Shown here one piece after another: positions 1-12,349 of a DNA stretch of 64,000 nt. A model generated the notes under the pieces. That model saw only the letters and a list, made by a program, of their open reading frames with translations. It ran no database searches and had not been told where the DNA came from. Each line of letters starts with the position of its first letter. Positions within the stretch are counted from its first letter, which is position 1. The stretch lies in NCBI GenBank assembly GCA_951406725.2, contig OX597827.1, positions 41,912,001-41,976,000 on the forward strand. Direction: 5' to 3'. Source of the stretch: Octopus vulgaris (Eukaryota). The position numbers were made by a program, and so were the translations under genes.

Positions 1-345
1 ATAATATTAGCTCTCGTCTGGGCATCACTAGTCACCGAATACCGAGCCTGATACACCAGCATAAAGGGTGCTGACAGCAGATGGACATTTTGAGAAGTGA
101 GGTAACACCATTCTACAAGAAACAAAAGGCTGTTATAACGAAATATTTGTTTTAGCAACATCAAGTAACTGTGGAATAACATGAATGCGTGCTTTTGCAA
201 ATGAAAATGTTAGTAAGAGTGTGTATTTGTGTATGAATGCAGCTATGTACTTGGTGTTTTAATACTGACCGAAACTTTTCTATTTGGTCAAAGGAAAACT
301 AGGAGCAAGACACGATTAGCAGGCGTTAAGTGACTTTGCATGGAT

Positions 346-461
346 TACTGCTACTGCTGTTGCTGCTGCTGCCGCTTCTGTTGCTGCCGCTTCTGTTGCT
401 GCCGCTTCTGTTGCTACCGCTTCTGCTGCTGCCGCTACTGCTGTTGCTGCTGCTGCTGCTG

Positions 462-521
<60 letters not shown>

Positions 522-581
522 ATTCTATTGCTGCTGCCGCTTCTGCTGTTGCCGCTACTGCTGTTGTTGCTGCTGCTGCTG

Positions 582-631
<50 letters not shown>

Positions 632-641
632 GCTGCTGCTG

Positions 642-675
<34 letters not shown>

Positions 676-811
676 AACTACTACCACTACTACTACTATT
701 GCTGCTGGCCGCGTTTGCTGCTGCCGCTACTGCTGCTGCTCCTACTACTACTACTACTACTACTACTACTATTGCTACTGGCCGCGTTTGCTGCTGCCGC
801 TACTGCTCCTG

Positions 812-867
<56 letters not shown>
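346..867. repeat. Compound (CTG)n/(CTA)n microsatellite with higher-order duplicated blocks
   Basis: Blocks such as attgctgctggccgcgtttgctgctgccgctactgct followed by (cta)n recur about 4 times. Confidence 0.9.
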
Positions 868-868
<1 letters not shown>

Positions 869-1274
869 GTAATAACAACAACGACAACAGCAGCAAAAGC
901 GATAATAAAATTTGAGGACAGAGACGCTGCAAGTGTTCTCAGTCAGTCAGTGAAAATGATACATGTTTTATGCATTACATGTGATTATTGCGCACAAAAT
1001 ATATTGTTTAAATAACGAACAAGCAATTGAAGAGAAATGAAAGAGAAACAATAGAGAACAAACGAAGCTAAGTTAAAAATTAAAGCCAACGCTGTTTAAA
1101 AATAGTTCAACAATGTTCATTAATAATTCAAATGGTCGGAATAGAGACAATATCCGCCAGCCAAATTGTGTGAGGAGTGTTGTGGAATGAGTTTAATGTG
1201 TGGCTTGAAACGAAACTGAAGTTTCAACTCTGTTCGACATGTTTTTCTCTCTGTGGTAGCAGTAATAAAGGCAT

Positions 1275-1582
1275 AAAGTAATAATAATAATGATGATAAT
1301 GATGATGATAACAATAATGGTAATAATAATAATGATAACAATAATAAAAATGATAATAATAATAATGACAACAACAATAATAATCATAATAATAATAACG
1401 ATAACAATAATGATAATAATGATAATAATAACAATAATAATGATAATGATAATAATAATAATAATGAATGATAAAAATAATAATGGTGACAATAATAAAA
1501 ATAAAAGTAATAATGATAACAATAATAATAATAATAATGATAACAATAATATAATGATAACAATAATATAATAATAACAATA

Positions 1583-1669
<87 letters not shown>

Positions 1670-1686
1670 TAATAATTTTAATAATA
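1275..1686. repeat. (AAT)n / degenerate trinucleotide microsatellite
   Basis: Directly visible. Confidence 0.95.
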
Positions 1687-2433
1687 AAAACCATTGATCA
1701 TGTTGTCTCCAAATGCAGTCTTCTAGCGCCTACAGAATACCTCAACAGACATGATAGAGCTGCACAATATATTCCCTGGGTAATTTGCAAAAACCTGGAT
1801 TTGCCCCATGAAAAAAACTGGTGGGAACACAATCCACCTCCGGTGCTTGAAAATGACCATATCTCACTCCTCTGGAACTTCACCATTCAAACTGACAGAA
1901 AGATAGATGCAAATAGGCCAGACATCATATTGAAAGACTTCCGACAAAGAACATGCCTCCTCATTGATATGACTGTCCCAATCGATATAAACGTATCTGT
2001 CAAGACCTACCAAAAACTGAGCAAATATAAAGATCTGGAAATAGAAATCAGCAAAATGTGGAAGCTGAAGACTAAAACAATACCTGTTGTCATAGGTGCC
2101 CTGGGAATGATAGCGAAAGGGGCTGATAGCTACCTAACTCAGATACCAGGAAACCCCAAAATGGCAGAAATTCAAAAGATAGTGCTCATGGGAACTGCTC
2201 ATATCCTACGCAAAATACTCTCTATGTAATCCCAAGGTTTAAAACAAACTTTAAAAAAAATTTTTTTTTATATTTAAGTATTAGACATTTACTAGTACAA
2301 CACTAAAAGAAAAAAACAAATATATGGCACACTAGGCATAACAACAACGTGAACTTCCAACCTGTTGTCTCTTGAGGTCTCTGGGTGAGACTTGGAGCCA
2401 ACTTGTACAGACATAAAGCAAAAGTCAAACATA

Positions 2434-2434
<1 letters not shown>
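1687..2434 (+). mobile_element. 5'-truncated R4/Dong-clade (RLE-type) non-LTR retrotransposon: end of CCHC finger, PD-(D/E)xK endonuclease and 3' UTR
   Basis: Reads TIDHVVSKC..YLNRHD..LWNFTIQTDRKIDANRPDII..LLIDMTVP..KLSKYKDL..IPVVIGALG..TAHILRKILSM* (stop at 2229); (AAT)n on both sides. Confidence 0.9.
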
Positions 2435-2505
<71 letters not shown>

Positions 2506-3239
2506 GGACAACAACAACAACAACACCAATAATAATAGTAATAATAATAATAATAATAATAATAGTTTCTTGTACTTCTCAAATGTTGTGTGGAATATTA
2601 TAAGGATAATTTCCAGTTTGTGTGGAAATGTACTAAAGATTTGCGGGGAAGACAGCAAGAGGTGGAGGATTGAGGTAAAAAGTAACGATAGCATGTAAAA
2701 TATAGATGAACCCACAAATGCAGTCCTCCTGAATTCGGAGAATCTCCAGCTAGTGGCAGCTAAGTAATACCACTAAGCCAGGATCGCTTTGACTATCAAG
2801 TGCACGAGCCATCGCGCTGCCCTCCAAAAACCACGTTTTTTGCTGCTAGGGTCAAACGAAATGGAAACAAAATTAAAGAGACATATTGCACCAATGAACG
2901 ATTCATTGAAGATTACGTTCATAAATTCATTCATACACATATGTATATGTGTGTGTGTGTGAATGTGTATGTATGTGTGTTTTTGTGTGTTATATATATA
3001 TATATTTGAGTAGTTGAATGAATTATCTTATTAAGGATAATTCGAATTAACCGATACCTGGGTAGCAAATTCACATCAGAAAAAACACGGTTGAAGTTAC
3101 GTGCCTAGGGCACAGATTACGTGCTTTCGTGTGAAAATTTGTATAGCGGTAATGAGTGTCTCTTTAAAATATTCCTTTATAAGGAGTGACGTCAAAGTGG
3201 TTGAAAGTAGAAGAATCTAGAAGGTTCTAAAGGTTCAAG

Positions 3240-3365
3240 GGTTCAAACGACTTTGCTTTTTACCCCTTCGGAGTCGATAAAATGCGTACGAGTTGAACGC
3301 CGGGAACGATGTTATCCACTTACCCTCCTGCCTCGAAATTCTTGGCCTTGTGCCAATATTTGAAA
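3240..3365 (+). mobile_element. Degenerate SINE family B fragment
   Basis: gttcaaa-cgactttgc..ccccttcggagtcgataaaat..tggccttgtgcc resembles the other family B copies. Confidence 0.55.
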
Positions 3366-3498
3366 CAAATATATATATATACGTGTGTGCGCGTGTGTGT
3401 GTGTGAGTCTTTGTGGTTCAGTTTATGTGTATGTATATATAAATGTATATTACATATGTGTATATATGTATATATACATATATATGTATATATATATG

Positions 3499-3595
<97 letters not shown>

Positions 3596-3646
3596 GATAT
3601 AAATGATCCATTTCCAAGTAAGTTTATCTCTCTATGTATGTATGTA

Positions 3647-4058
3647 TACTCTTTTTACTCTTTTTTACTTGTTTCAGTCATTCGACTGCGGCCATGCTGG
3701 AGCACCGCCTTTAGTCGAGCAAATCGACCCCGCGACTTATTCTTTGTAAGCCCAGTACTTATTCTATGGGTCTCTTTTGCCGAACCGCTAAGTGACGGGG
3801 ACGTAAATACACCAGCATCGGTTGTCAAGCAATGCTAGGGGGACAAATACAGACACACAAGCATACACACAAATACATATATATATACATATATACGACA
3901 GGCTTCTTTCAGTTTCCGTCTACCAAATCCACTCACAAGGCATTGGTCGGCCCGAGGCTATAGCAGAAGACACTTGCCCAAGATGCCACGCAGTGGGACT
4001 GAACCCGGAACCATGTGGTTGGTAAGCAAGCTACTTACCACACAGCCACTCCTGCGCC
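3647..4058 (-). mobile_element. tRNA-derived SINE family A (full length)
   Basis: Minus strand GGCGCAGGAGTGGCTGTGTGGTAAG..GGTTCAGTCCC (A/B-box-like), internal (TA/TG) tract, tail CAGCATGGCCGCAGTC..GAAACAAGTAAAA; about 10 copies in the window. Confidence 0.9.
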
Positions 4059-4128
4059 TATGTATGTATGTATGTATGTATGTATATATATATATATATA
4101 TATATACACAAAAAATATATATATACAA

Positions 4129-4206
<78 letters not shown>

Positions 4207-4885
4207 TATATATATGTATATATCCATCCATAGAATATCCAATACACATGACAGTTACAATAGAAACTTAGTTTATGGGGAAAGAAAACACGCGAAAAAT
4301 TGAGGAAACAAATATATATCTCTAACACAGTATCGAATGAATAAGAGTCATGATATAAAAAGAAATATATATATATATACATCAGATATTGAGCAGCGCA
4401 TAGAAAACATACAAGCATATACTCAAGAACATATTTAAAAAAAATATATACACGTCCGACTGCACTCAGAACAGATAAGTTCCACCCAAACCAAAGAAAT
4501 TATCAGAACAGAAACGACCACCAGTAAAATATATAAAAGTTTACGAAAGAAAACCGCATAGCACAAACGAATACGTGCACAAGAAAGAAACTCTCAGAAC
4601 ACGGTGAAAAATGTTATAGAACATATCGCGCGTGATAAAAAAGAAATACAAGATATTGAGGTAAAACTAAAGTAGAAGCAGAGAAAAAGAACTGAAATGG
4701 AAACTATTGAAACGGGAGCGAAGGGGAATTGATCGAAACCTTCATAGAAGTACCCGACCAAATACACAGCAACGCCAAACGTATAATCCCAACTTACCAA
4801 CGAATAACGTTATTGTGTATAGTTTATTGAGAAAATCAGTTGCCAAAAGTCATATTTATGGATACCTCACCCGGTTTAGGTAAAT

Positions 4886-5596
4886 TCCTGGGTTCAGTCC
4901 CACTGCGTGGCACCTTGGGCATGTGTCTTCTACTATTGCCTCGGGCCGACCAAAGCCTTATGAATGGATTTGATTGACGGGAACTAAAAGAAGCCCGTTG
5001 TATATATATATATGTATACATACATACATATACACGTGTCGTTATTCTACCAATTATATACGTTTTTATTATTATTGTTTTTGCAATTTACTTAATCACC
5101 GGTATTTTATTGTTATTTTAATTTTAATATTTCTATTATATGTTATTTTCTAGATGGTGTAATTTAATTGTTCATTTTGAATTGATAAAAGGTGTTTTTT
5201 TTCTAATTTATATATGTATGTATGTATGTATGCATGTATGTATGTATGTATGTATGTATGTATGTATGTATGTATGTATGTATGTATGTGTGTGTGTATG
5301 TATGTATGTATGTATGTATTCTATGTATGTATGTATGTATGTATGTATGTATGTATGTATGTATGTATGTGTGTGTATATGTTTGTGTGTCTGTATTTGT
5401 CCACCCAACATCGCTTGACAACCGATGGTGGTGTGTTTACGTCCCCGTAACTTAGCGGTTCGGCAAAAGCGACCGATAGAATAAGTACTAGGCTTCCAAA
5501 GAATGAGTCTTGGGGTCGATTTGCTCGACTAAAGGCAGTGCCCCAGCATGTCCGCAGTCAAATGACGGAAGCAAGTAAAAGAGAAAAGAGAGTAAA
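4886..5596 (+). mobile_element. SINE family A, split by an expanded internal microsatellite/AT-rich insert
   Basis: Head part at 4886-5000 and tail part at ~5380-5596 match the 3647-4058 copy. Confidence 0.75.
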
Positions 5597-5755
5597 GAGG
5601 ATATTTCTTTTCATTTTACATAGAGGCATCAAATTTTGTTTTACAGCTTGCATGAAAGTGCATTCGTTGGCATCTTTATATGCAAAAGCTTGCCGTCAAC
5701 AGACGCCTCTGGTTGAGACTTGGGTGCAGTTTGTATAAATCAAGGCAAAGGAATG

Positions 5756-5833
<78 letters not shown>

Positions 5834-5857
5834 GTAGTAGTAGTAGTAGTAGTAGTA

Positions 5858-5960
5858 GTGTCTGGTGTACCCTTATCAGACGGGTAGTCATGATGGGTGT
5901 ATTGGGCTTCGTATATTTTACCCCAGTGTCACTTTGATGGCATGAACTGCTCTCTCACTC
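5858..5960 (+). mobile_element. 5'-truncated copy of the ~600-bp non-coding (TAA)n-associated retroposon
   Basis: Near-identical to the last ~100 bp of 6031-6638 and followed by (AAT)n. Confidence 0.85.
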
Positions 5961-5966
5961 AATAAA

Positions 5967-6030
<64 letters not shown>

Positions 6031-6034
<4 letters not shown>

Positions 6035-6638
6035 TGCAGTACCCGATGCCCTGATGCAGTGCCAATGCCCTGATGCAGTACCTTTATGCCCTGATGCAGT
6101 ACCAGGCAGTGGCTCTCATGGCTTCTGATCTTAACTGATTGGAAGTGTTATCATGTACATTGTTTTGTCTTGGTATAAAAGATGGGCTACAGCAAATATT
6201 CTGCTCAATACCACAGATTTGCTTGTCAGTTGTTTGACCTTTACCAGTTGAGCATGTCCCTTAGTGGCTGACGATATGTGCATCTCTGATCACGAGCAGA
6301 AGTAGTAGGGGAGCATCATAGCCATGTGTTGAGACGAATTCTTTGGGGTTTGAATAATTCACCTCTGGAAACATGGGTTCTTTCAACATCCTTAAACAAC
6401 CCTTATTCAGGGACCTTTTGAACGGGATGGGCTACTCAACCTGAAGAAAATTCTAACTGGGCCCCACCTGCAAGGTGATGTGCTGTTTATCTTGATATGA
6501 GATCACCATGTCGCGCACATATGGTTGTGATGCATGTGCCTGGTGTACCCTTATCAGACGGGTAGTCATGATGGGTATATTGGGCTTCGTATATTTTACC
6601 CCAGTGTCACTTTGATGGCATGAACTGCTCTCTCACTC
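6031..6638 (+). mobile_element. ~600-bp non-coding interspersed repeat inserted in (AAT)n
   Basis: Closely similar inverted copy at 61435-62018; both are flanked by (AAT)n; no ORF and no tRNA head seen. Confidence 0.88.
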
Positions 6639-6700
<62 letters not shown>

Positions 6701-6702
<2 letters not shown>

Positions 6703-6985
6703 TGACAGGTTAGCTTGGGAAGTTAAGCAATTGTGGGCAATAAAGAAGGTGGCTATAGTACCAATAATTGTGGAGCCCTAGGAACAGTGAATAAAAATCT
6801 TGAGAAGTACATGCAACATACAGGGGCTGTAATAAAGGTGGAGCAGTTGCAGAAAACAGCACTGCTTCGAACCGCTTGAATATTCCCGAAGGTGTTCGAA
6901 AAATAAGAGGTGTTTCCTTAGTTCACTGGTAGGGAACAGCTGACACTGTAGTACACCTCTAGTGTTAGAAGTTGTGCAAAGGCAA
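6701..6985 (+). mobile_element. Very short 3' end of another R4/Dong subfamily
   Basis: YDRLAWEVKQLW..VPIIV(G)ALGTVNKNLEKY..LQKTALLRTA*IFPKVFEK* with a frameshift; flanked by (AAT)n. Confidence 0.8.
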
Positions 6986-6987
6986 TG

Positions 6988-7061
<74 letters not shown>

Positions 7062-7062
7062 C

Positions 7063-7099
<37 letters not shown>

Positions 7100-7102
<3 letters not shown>

Positions 7103-7200
7103 TCCTTTCTACTAAAGGAACAAGGCCTGGAATTTAGGGGGAGGTATTAATCCATTACACCGGCATCAATGTTTCACTGGTACTTTATCGACCCCGAAAT
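7100..7200 (-). mobile_element. SINE family B tail fragment
   Basis: cctttctact..caaggcctg..actggtactttatcgaccccgaaa. Confidence 0.6.
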
Positions 7201-7254
7201 GAGGGCAGAGGATTTAGTTGGACATGTAGACTCTAGTGGTTATATTTTTTTAAA

Positions 7255-7595
7255 GCTTGGCTCTTATTCTATCGATTATGCCGAACTGCTTGTTTACAGA
7301 AACACAAACAAACCACCACCGGTTGTGAAGCGATGGTAGTGGCGGGGAGACAATGACAACACAAACACACACCTGCATACACACATATACACACGCACAT
7401 ATGAAGATACGTATACACGTAGGACGGGCTTCTCTCAGTTTCTGTCAATCAAATCCATTCACAGGGCTTTGGTTGGTTCAAGTATATAGTAAAAGACAGC
7501 TGTCCAAGGTGCCACATAATGGGATTGAACAAGGGAGCACATGGTTAAGAATCAAGTTTTGTTTCCCACACAGCCGGATGTCTGACCATGCTAGG
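7255..7595 (-). mobile_element. Old, diverged SINE family A copy
   Basis: cttattctatcg..gccgaac..tccaaggtgccac..gggattgaac..atggtt. Confidence 0.65.
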
Positions 7596-8109
7596 ACATT
7601 TAGCATTATATAAAAGTACAGAGGCTCGAAATGTAAAAACAAAGCAAAGCTAAAACAAAAAAAAAAACAGAAACGAAAACAATAGACGTCACAAACATGG
7701 CTGACGATAATTAGAAAGAATAAACAAGGGTTTAAAAGCTGCAAGCGACTGGACAGGCTGGACAATAATTAGGATTGGCAAAATCCCCAAATTCCGGCCG
7801 AAACTTCTACCTACATTGATGAATTTGTGTCACAAGCAACAATCAATTAACAGATAAGTGAAGCGGAATGGATAGCTGAATGGTTAATGAAGGGGAAAAT
7901 AGTATAGATAAGGTAGTTGTTGGAATGGAAATCGTCGTTGCTGCTTATGGCTGCTTACGGGTTGAGAGAGAAAGATCGAGAATGACTACTTATCGGATGA
8001 GAGAGTGGATGTGCTAATTAAGGGGTGAGGAAAGCTTCTAGGTTTATATATATATATATATATACATATTTATATATATATGTATATATATATATATGTA
8101 TATATATAT

Positions 8110-8148
<39 letters not shown>

Positions 8149-8179
8149 CATATATATATATATGTATATATATATATGC

Positions 8180-8296
<117 letters not shown>

Positions 8297-8314
8297 CTTA
8301 TCTTTTATCTTCTA

Positions 8315-8702
8315 TTTTTTACTCGTTTCAGTTATTCGACTGCGGCCATGCTGGGGCATTACCTTGAAATTTTAGTCGCATCAATCGATCCCAGTACTTA
8401 TTTTTGTTAAGCCTGGTACTTCTTATTCAATCGGTGTCTTTTGCCGAACGGCTAAGTTACAGGGACGCAAAAAACACCAACACTGGTTTCGAGTGGCGAT
8501 GTGGGGACAAACACCGACACAAAGACATACACACACCTACACACACACACACACATATACATGTATACGACGGACTTCTTTCTTTTCCGTCAACCAAATC
8601 TACTCATGGCTTTAGTCGGTCCGAGGCTATAGTAGAAGTCACCCATCGTTCCACGCAGTGGGACTGAACTCGGTGTCATGTGAGTGCGAAGGAAGCTTCT
8701 TA
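8315..8702 (-). mobile_element. SINE family A
   Basis: gtttcagttattcgactgcggccatgctgg..ccgaggctatagtagaag..gcagtgggactgaac. Confidence 0.8.
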
Positions 8703-9164
8703 CTAGTGAAAAGATGGAATAGAACAAACAATGTTTCTAAATAGTTCTTTCATCAGTCTTTCCAGCAGACGCGCATAGTACCAAGTCGCCCTTGTTCAGG
8801 GCTTTTCAGCACGATATTACTTCGGCAAAAGTAAAACAGAATAAGGAATAAATGGACAGAAAATCATAAGGGGACCACTAAATCTATGGATCAATAAGAT
8901 GTTTGGCAATAACCGCCCTAATGATTACATCCAGACTCTGTAGTAAGTAAGTAAGCACATCGTACGGAAAAGCACACTTTCAGACTTTGACGACCAAGAA
9001 ATGGATATATGACCACGAAGAGAAGCCAGAGCAGTGACTAACAAACCTGCACTTTATCAGAAACAAGTTAAAAAAAACGGAAGGAGTTAATATCCGTTAA
9101 AAAAAAGGGAACATTTCAGGGAGAATCTGCTGAATGAAAACACCTGTGAGCATACCTGCTGCTG

Positions 9165-9577
9165 CTGCTACTACAACTACAAATATTACTACTACTACTA
9201 CCACCACCACCACCACCACCACTACTACCACCCCCACCACCTCAATCCCCACCACACTTACTGCCGCTACCATTGCCGCTGCACCCCCTCCTCTCCTCCT
9301 CCTCCTCCACCACCTCACCAACTCCTCCACCTCCTTCTCCTCCCCTGCTCCTCCTACCCTGTTCCCCTCCTCCTCCATTCCTCAACACCCTCCTCCCTCC
9401 TCTCTACCCTCCTCCCCTCCTCCCCTCCTCCCCTCCTCCCCACCCTCCTCCTCCCTTCCTCCTCTTTCTCCCTTCCTTCGTTTTCTCCCCTCCTCCCCTC
9501 CTCTCCCCTTCCTTCCTCTACTATTACTAGTACCACCACCACCACCACCTCCACCATACCATAACAACTACTACTAT

Positions 9578-9630
<53 letters not shown>

Positions 9631-9780
9631 ATACTACTACTACTACTACTACAATTACCACTACCACCACCTCTACCACCTCTACCACCCCCACAGTTGC
9701 TGCGGCTACCATTACTACTGTACCCCACCTCTTCCTCTCCCCCTCCTCCTCCTCCTCCTCCCCCTGCAACTACTACATCA
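9165..9780. repeat. C-rich compound (CCT/CCA/CTA)n low-complexity tract
   Basis: Directly visible. Confidence 0.9.
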
Positions 9781-10651
9781 ATTTCAAAACTTCCTCATTC
9801 TCTCGCCCTCTGAAGGATTCAGCATGAAGTAATAGAATTATTTCCTCTTCACTGTCACTTGCTAACATGATGCATTCTGCCCTTTGCTCGCCAGAATGAA
9901 TCATCGTGATTTTTCGTCTTCACCAAAGACATGGCCACGTGAATGTGGCTAAGTCTATCAAATACCGTACAACGTAAGGCCAGTTCTCCTGAGGGCAAAC
10001 ATGTTTGACAACTTCACATTTCAACTCGAATGCTCTGGAAATATTCTTCGGCAAGCACCATGTTTAATCGAAGTTTTAAGGCAACTTACACCAATGCAAT
10101 GTGATGTTAATGCGATGCAATGTATGTATGTATGTATGTATGTATGTATGTATGTATGTATGTATGCATGTATGTATGTATGTATGTATGTATGTATGTA
10201 TGTATGCATGCACGTATGTATGTATTATGCTTGAATGTATGCATGCATGTGTGTATGTATGCATGTATATAAGCATGCATGTATGCATGCATGTATGTGT
10301 GTGTATTTATCTAAGTACGTACGTATCTATGCATGTATGCATGCATATATGTATATATGCTTGTATGTATGTATATATGCATGCATGTATGTATGCATGT
10401 ATGTATGTATGCATGTATATATGCATGGATATATATATAAGCATGCATGTATTTATGTATGTATGTATGTATGTATATATGTGTATGTATCTATGTACGT
10501 AGTTATGCGTGTATGCCTGTATGCATGCATGTATGTATATATGTATGCTTGTATGTATGTGTGTACGTATATATATATTTGTGCATGTATATATGTATGT
10601 GTATGCATATGTATGTATGTACAAGGTTTGAATCTATGAATGTATGTATTC

Positions 10652-10696
<45 letters not shown>

Positions 10697-11424
10697 AATG
10701 CATGTATTTATATATATGTGTATATATTTATGTATGTATGAATTTTTGTAATGTATATATGTATGAATCTATGTGTAAATCTATGAATGCGTGTATGAAT
10801 GTGTATAAACATACTCGTACACACATACATAGCGTATGAATGAATATATGTACATATTACGTGTATATGTTTACGCATGTAAGTATATATATCTATATAG
10901 GTCTATCTTGTGAGTGTGCCTCTGCGACTGCGTGTGAGTTTCAATCAGATATGCTATTGCATACCAGCGAGACATTGTAAGAATAACTGTGTAAAGGTCA
11001 GGAAAAATTCTTTAGTCTTGGTTGGCTTGTTTCCTACAGTTTGTTTCTTGAATAAAGAAATGATATTTTGTTCGCTCTGAAAAAAAAAAAAAAAAATCAA
11101 AGAAATGAAAAAAAAAATCAATTATCGAGGAATAAAAGAAAACAAAAATCGAGATATCGACAAATAACAACGCTCATGGGTCAGCTATATAATGTAAAAC
11201 ACCTGAACTGAATGAACATTGAGAATTATGGCGCGACGTTAGCTATAATATAAACATTGCATTGGCGAATAAAATTTATCTCAAGATGACAAGTAATGGA
11301 ATTATTTATTTCTATGACAGAGAAACTGTAGGAAACGAATGTTTGATATGTAGAAATCAATAGGTATGTTTTCCCAGTTTAGATCTGCTGGAGAAAGAGT
11401 GATTTTGTTGTAAAGAATGATAAG

Positions 11425-11925
11425 ACGAAAGGGGGCGAAATGTGCAAGTGCTGTTCCATAATATGTCCGCCATGTTGTGACCAAAAATATATATTCTTTT
11501 CTCTCTCTCTGAAAAAGGGAAATGCTTGAAACTTTAGATTCTGTTATTGTGTGTTACTAAGTGAGTATATACAGTTCTAACATATGACTGCACTGTTGTG
11601 ACAAATGCGAGAAAGCTATGTATTTTCATTTTCTCTCAGAAGGAGGCGAAATGCTTGAAACTTAGGATTCTGATATTGTGAGGTACTAAGTAAGTAACTA
11701 CAACCCTAGCATATGGTAACTGTTGTGACGAATGCGAGAAAGCTATGTATTCTCATTTCCTCTTAGAAGGAGGCGAAATGCTTGAAACAGGATTCTTTAT
11801 TGTGAGTAATTAAATTGAGCAACTGAAGTTTAGCATATCTCAATATTGTGACGGTGGTGGTAAAACTATATATGCTTTCTCTTTCTCTCAAAAGAAGGAC
11901 ATATGCTTGAAACGTCGGATTCATT
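11425..11925. repeat. Minisatellite with ~127-bp unit, about 3.5-4 copies
   Basis: Anchor atgcttgaaac at ~11522, 11651, 11778 and 11903; ttgtgac..aaagctatgtatt is also repeated. Confidence 0.85.
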
Positions 11926-12163
11926 TAGCCACCATAGCAACTCACGTTACCGAACTATTTTTAAGAACTCGCTTGTCATTAGTGTACTGTTTTGGGGGAA
12001 AATACAGGAAAGGTTAATAGCTGAAGAGATATACTTCTTAATCGAAACAAAATAACTACTTCTTGATGAGGAATATGGACATCAGAGGATATGACTGACT
12101 GACGATCGGAAATGAACGTTACTGTTACGGGCAGAATATGTCTCAGTGTGGAAAACACATGCG

Positions 12164-12330
12164 TACAAGGGTCGGCTGAAAAGTTCATAGGTAGAGCAAA
12201 ATACACTCACGGAATGTGACCAAACAAAGTTAATTTCTCAACATAGGCCCCCTTCAGGTCCACACACTTCTTCCATCGGTGTTGCAACTCTTGGATTCCA
12301 TTGGGGAAGAAACTTTCATCCAGTTAGTCG
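12164..12330 (-). mobile_element. Mariner transposon 3' end (transposase C-terminus plus TIR)
   Basis: Minus strand DESFFPNGIQELQHRWKKCVDLKGAYVEK*; terminal TA-CAAGGGTCGGCTGAAAAGTT TIR-like end. Confidence 0.8.
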
Positions 12331-12349
12331 GAGAAAGAATCTAGGAATA

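Noticed and set aside
316-1694. Poly-L/V/Y/I ORFs
   Set aside because: Translations of trinucleotide microsatellites, open in several frames on both strands
2700-2825. U1 snRNA/tRNA-like segment on the minus strand (GACTGCATTTGTGG)
   Set aside because: Only a short motif resemblance; the rest does not fit U1 or a tRNA cloverleaf
6031-6115. CRISPR-like or hammerhead reading of the CTGATGCAGTACC repeats
   Set aside because: Linkers are only 1-3 nt; CTGATGC lacks the core A and no GAAA follows
9894-9972. Exon-like segment (gccag|..AC|gtaagg)
   Set aside because: All three frames contain stops and there is no other support
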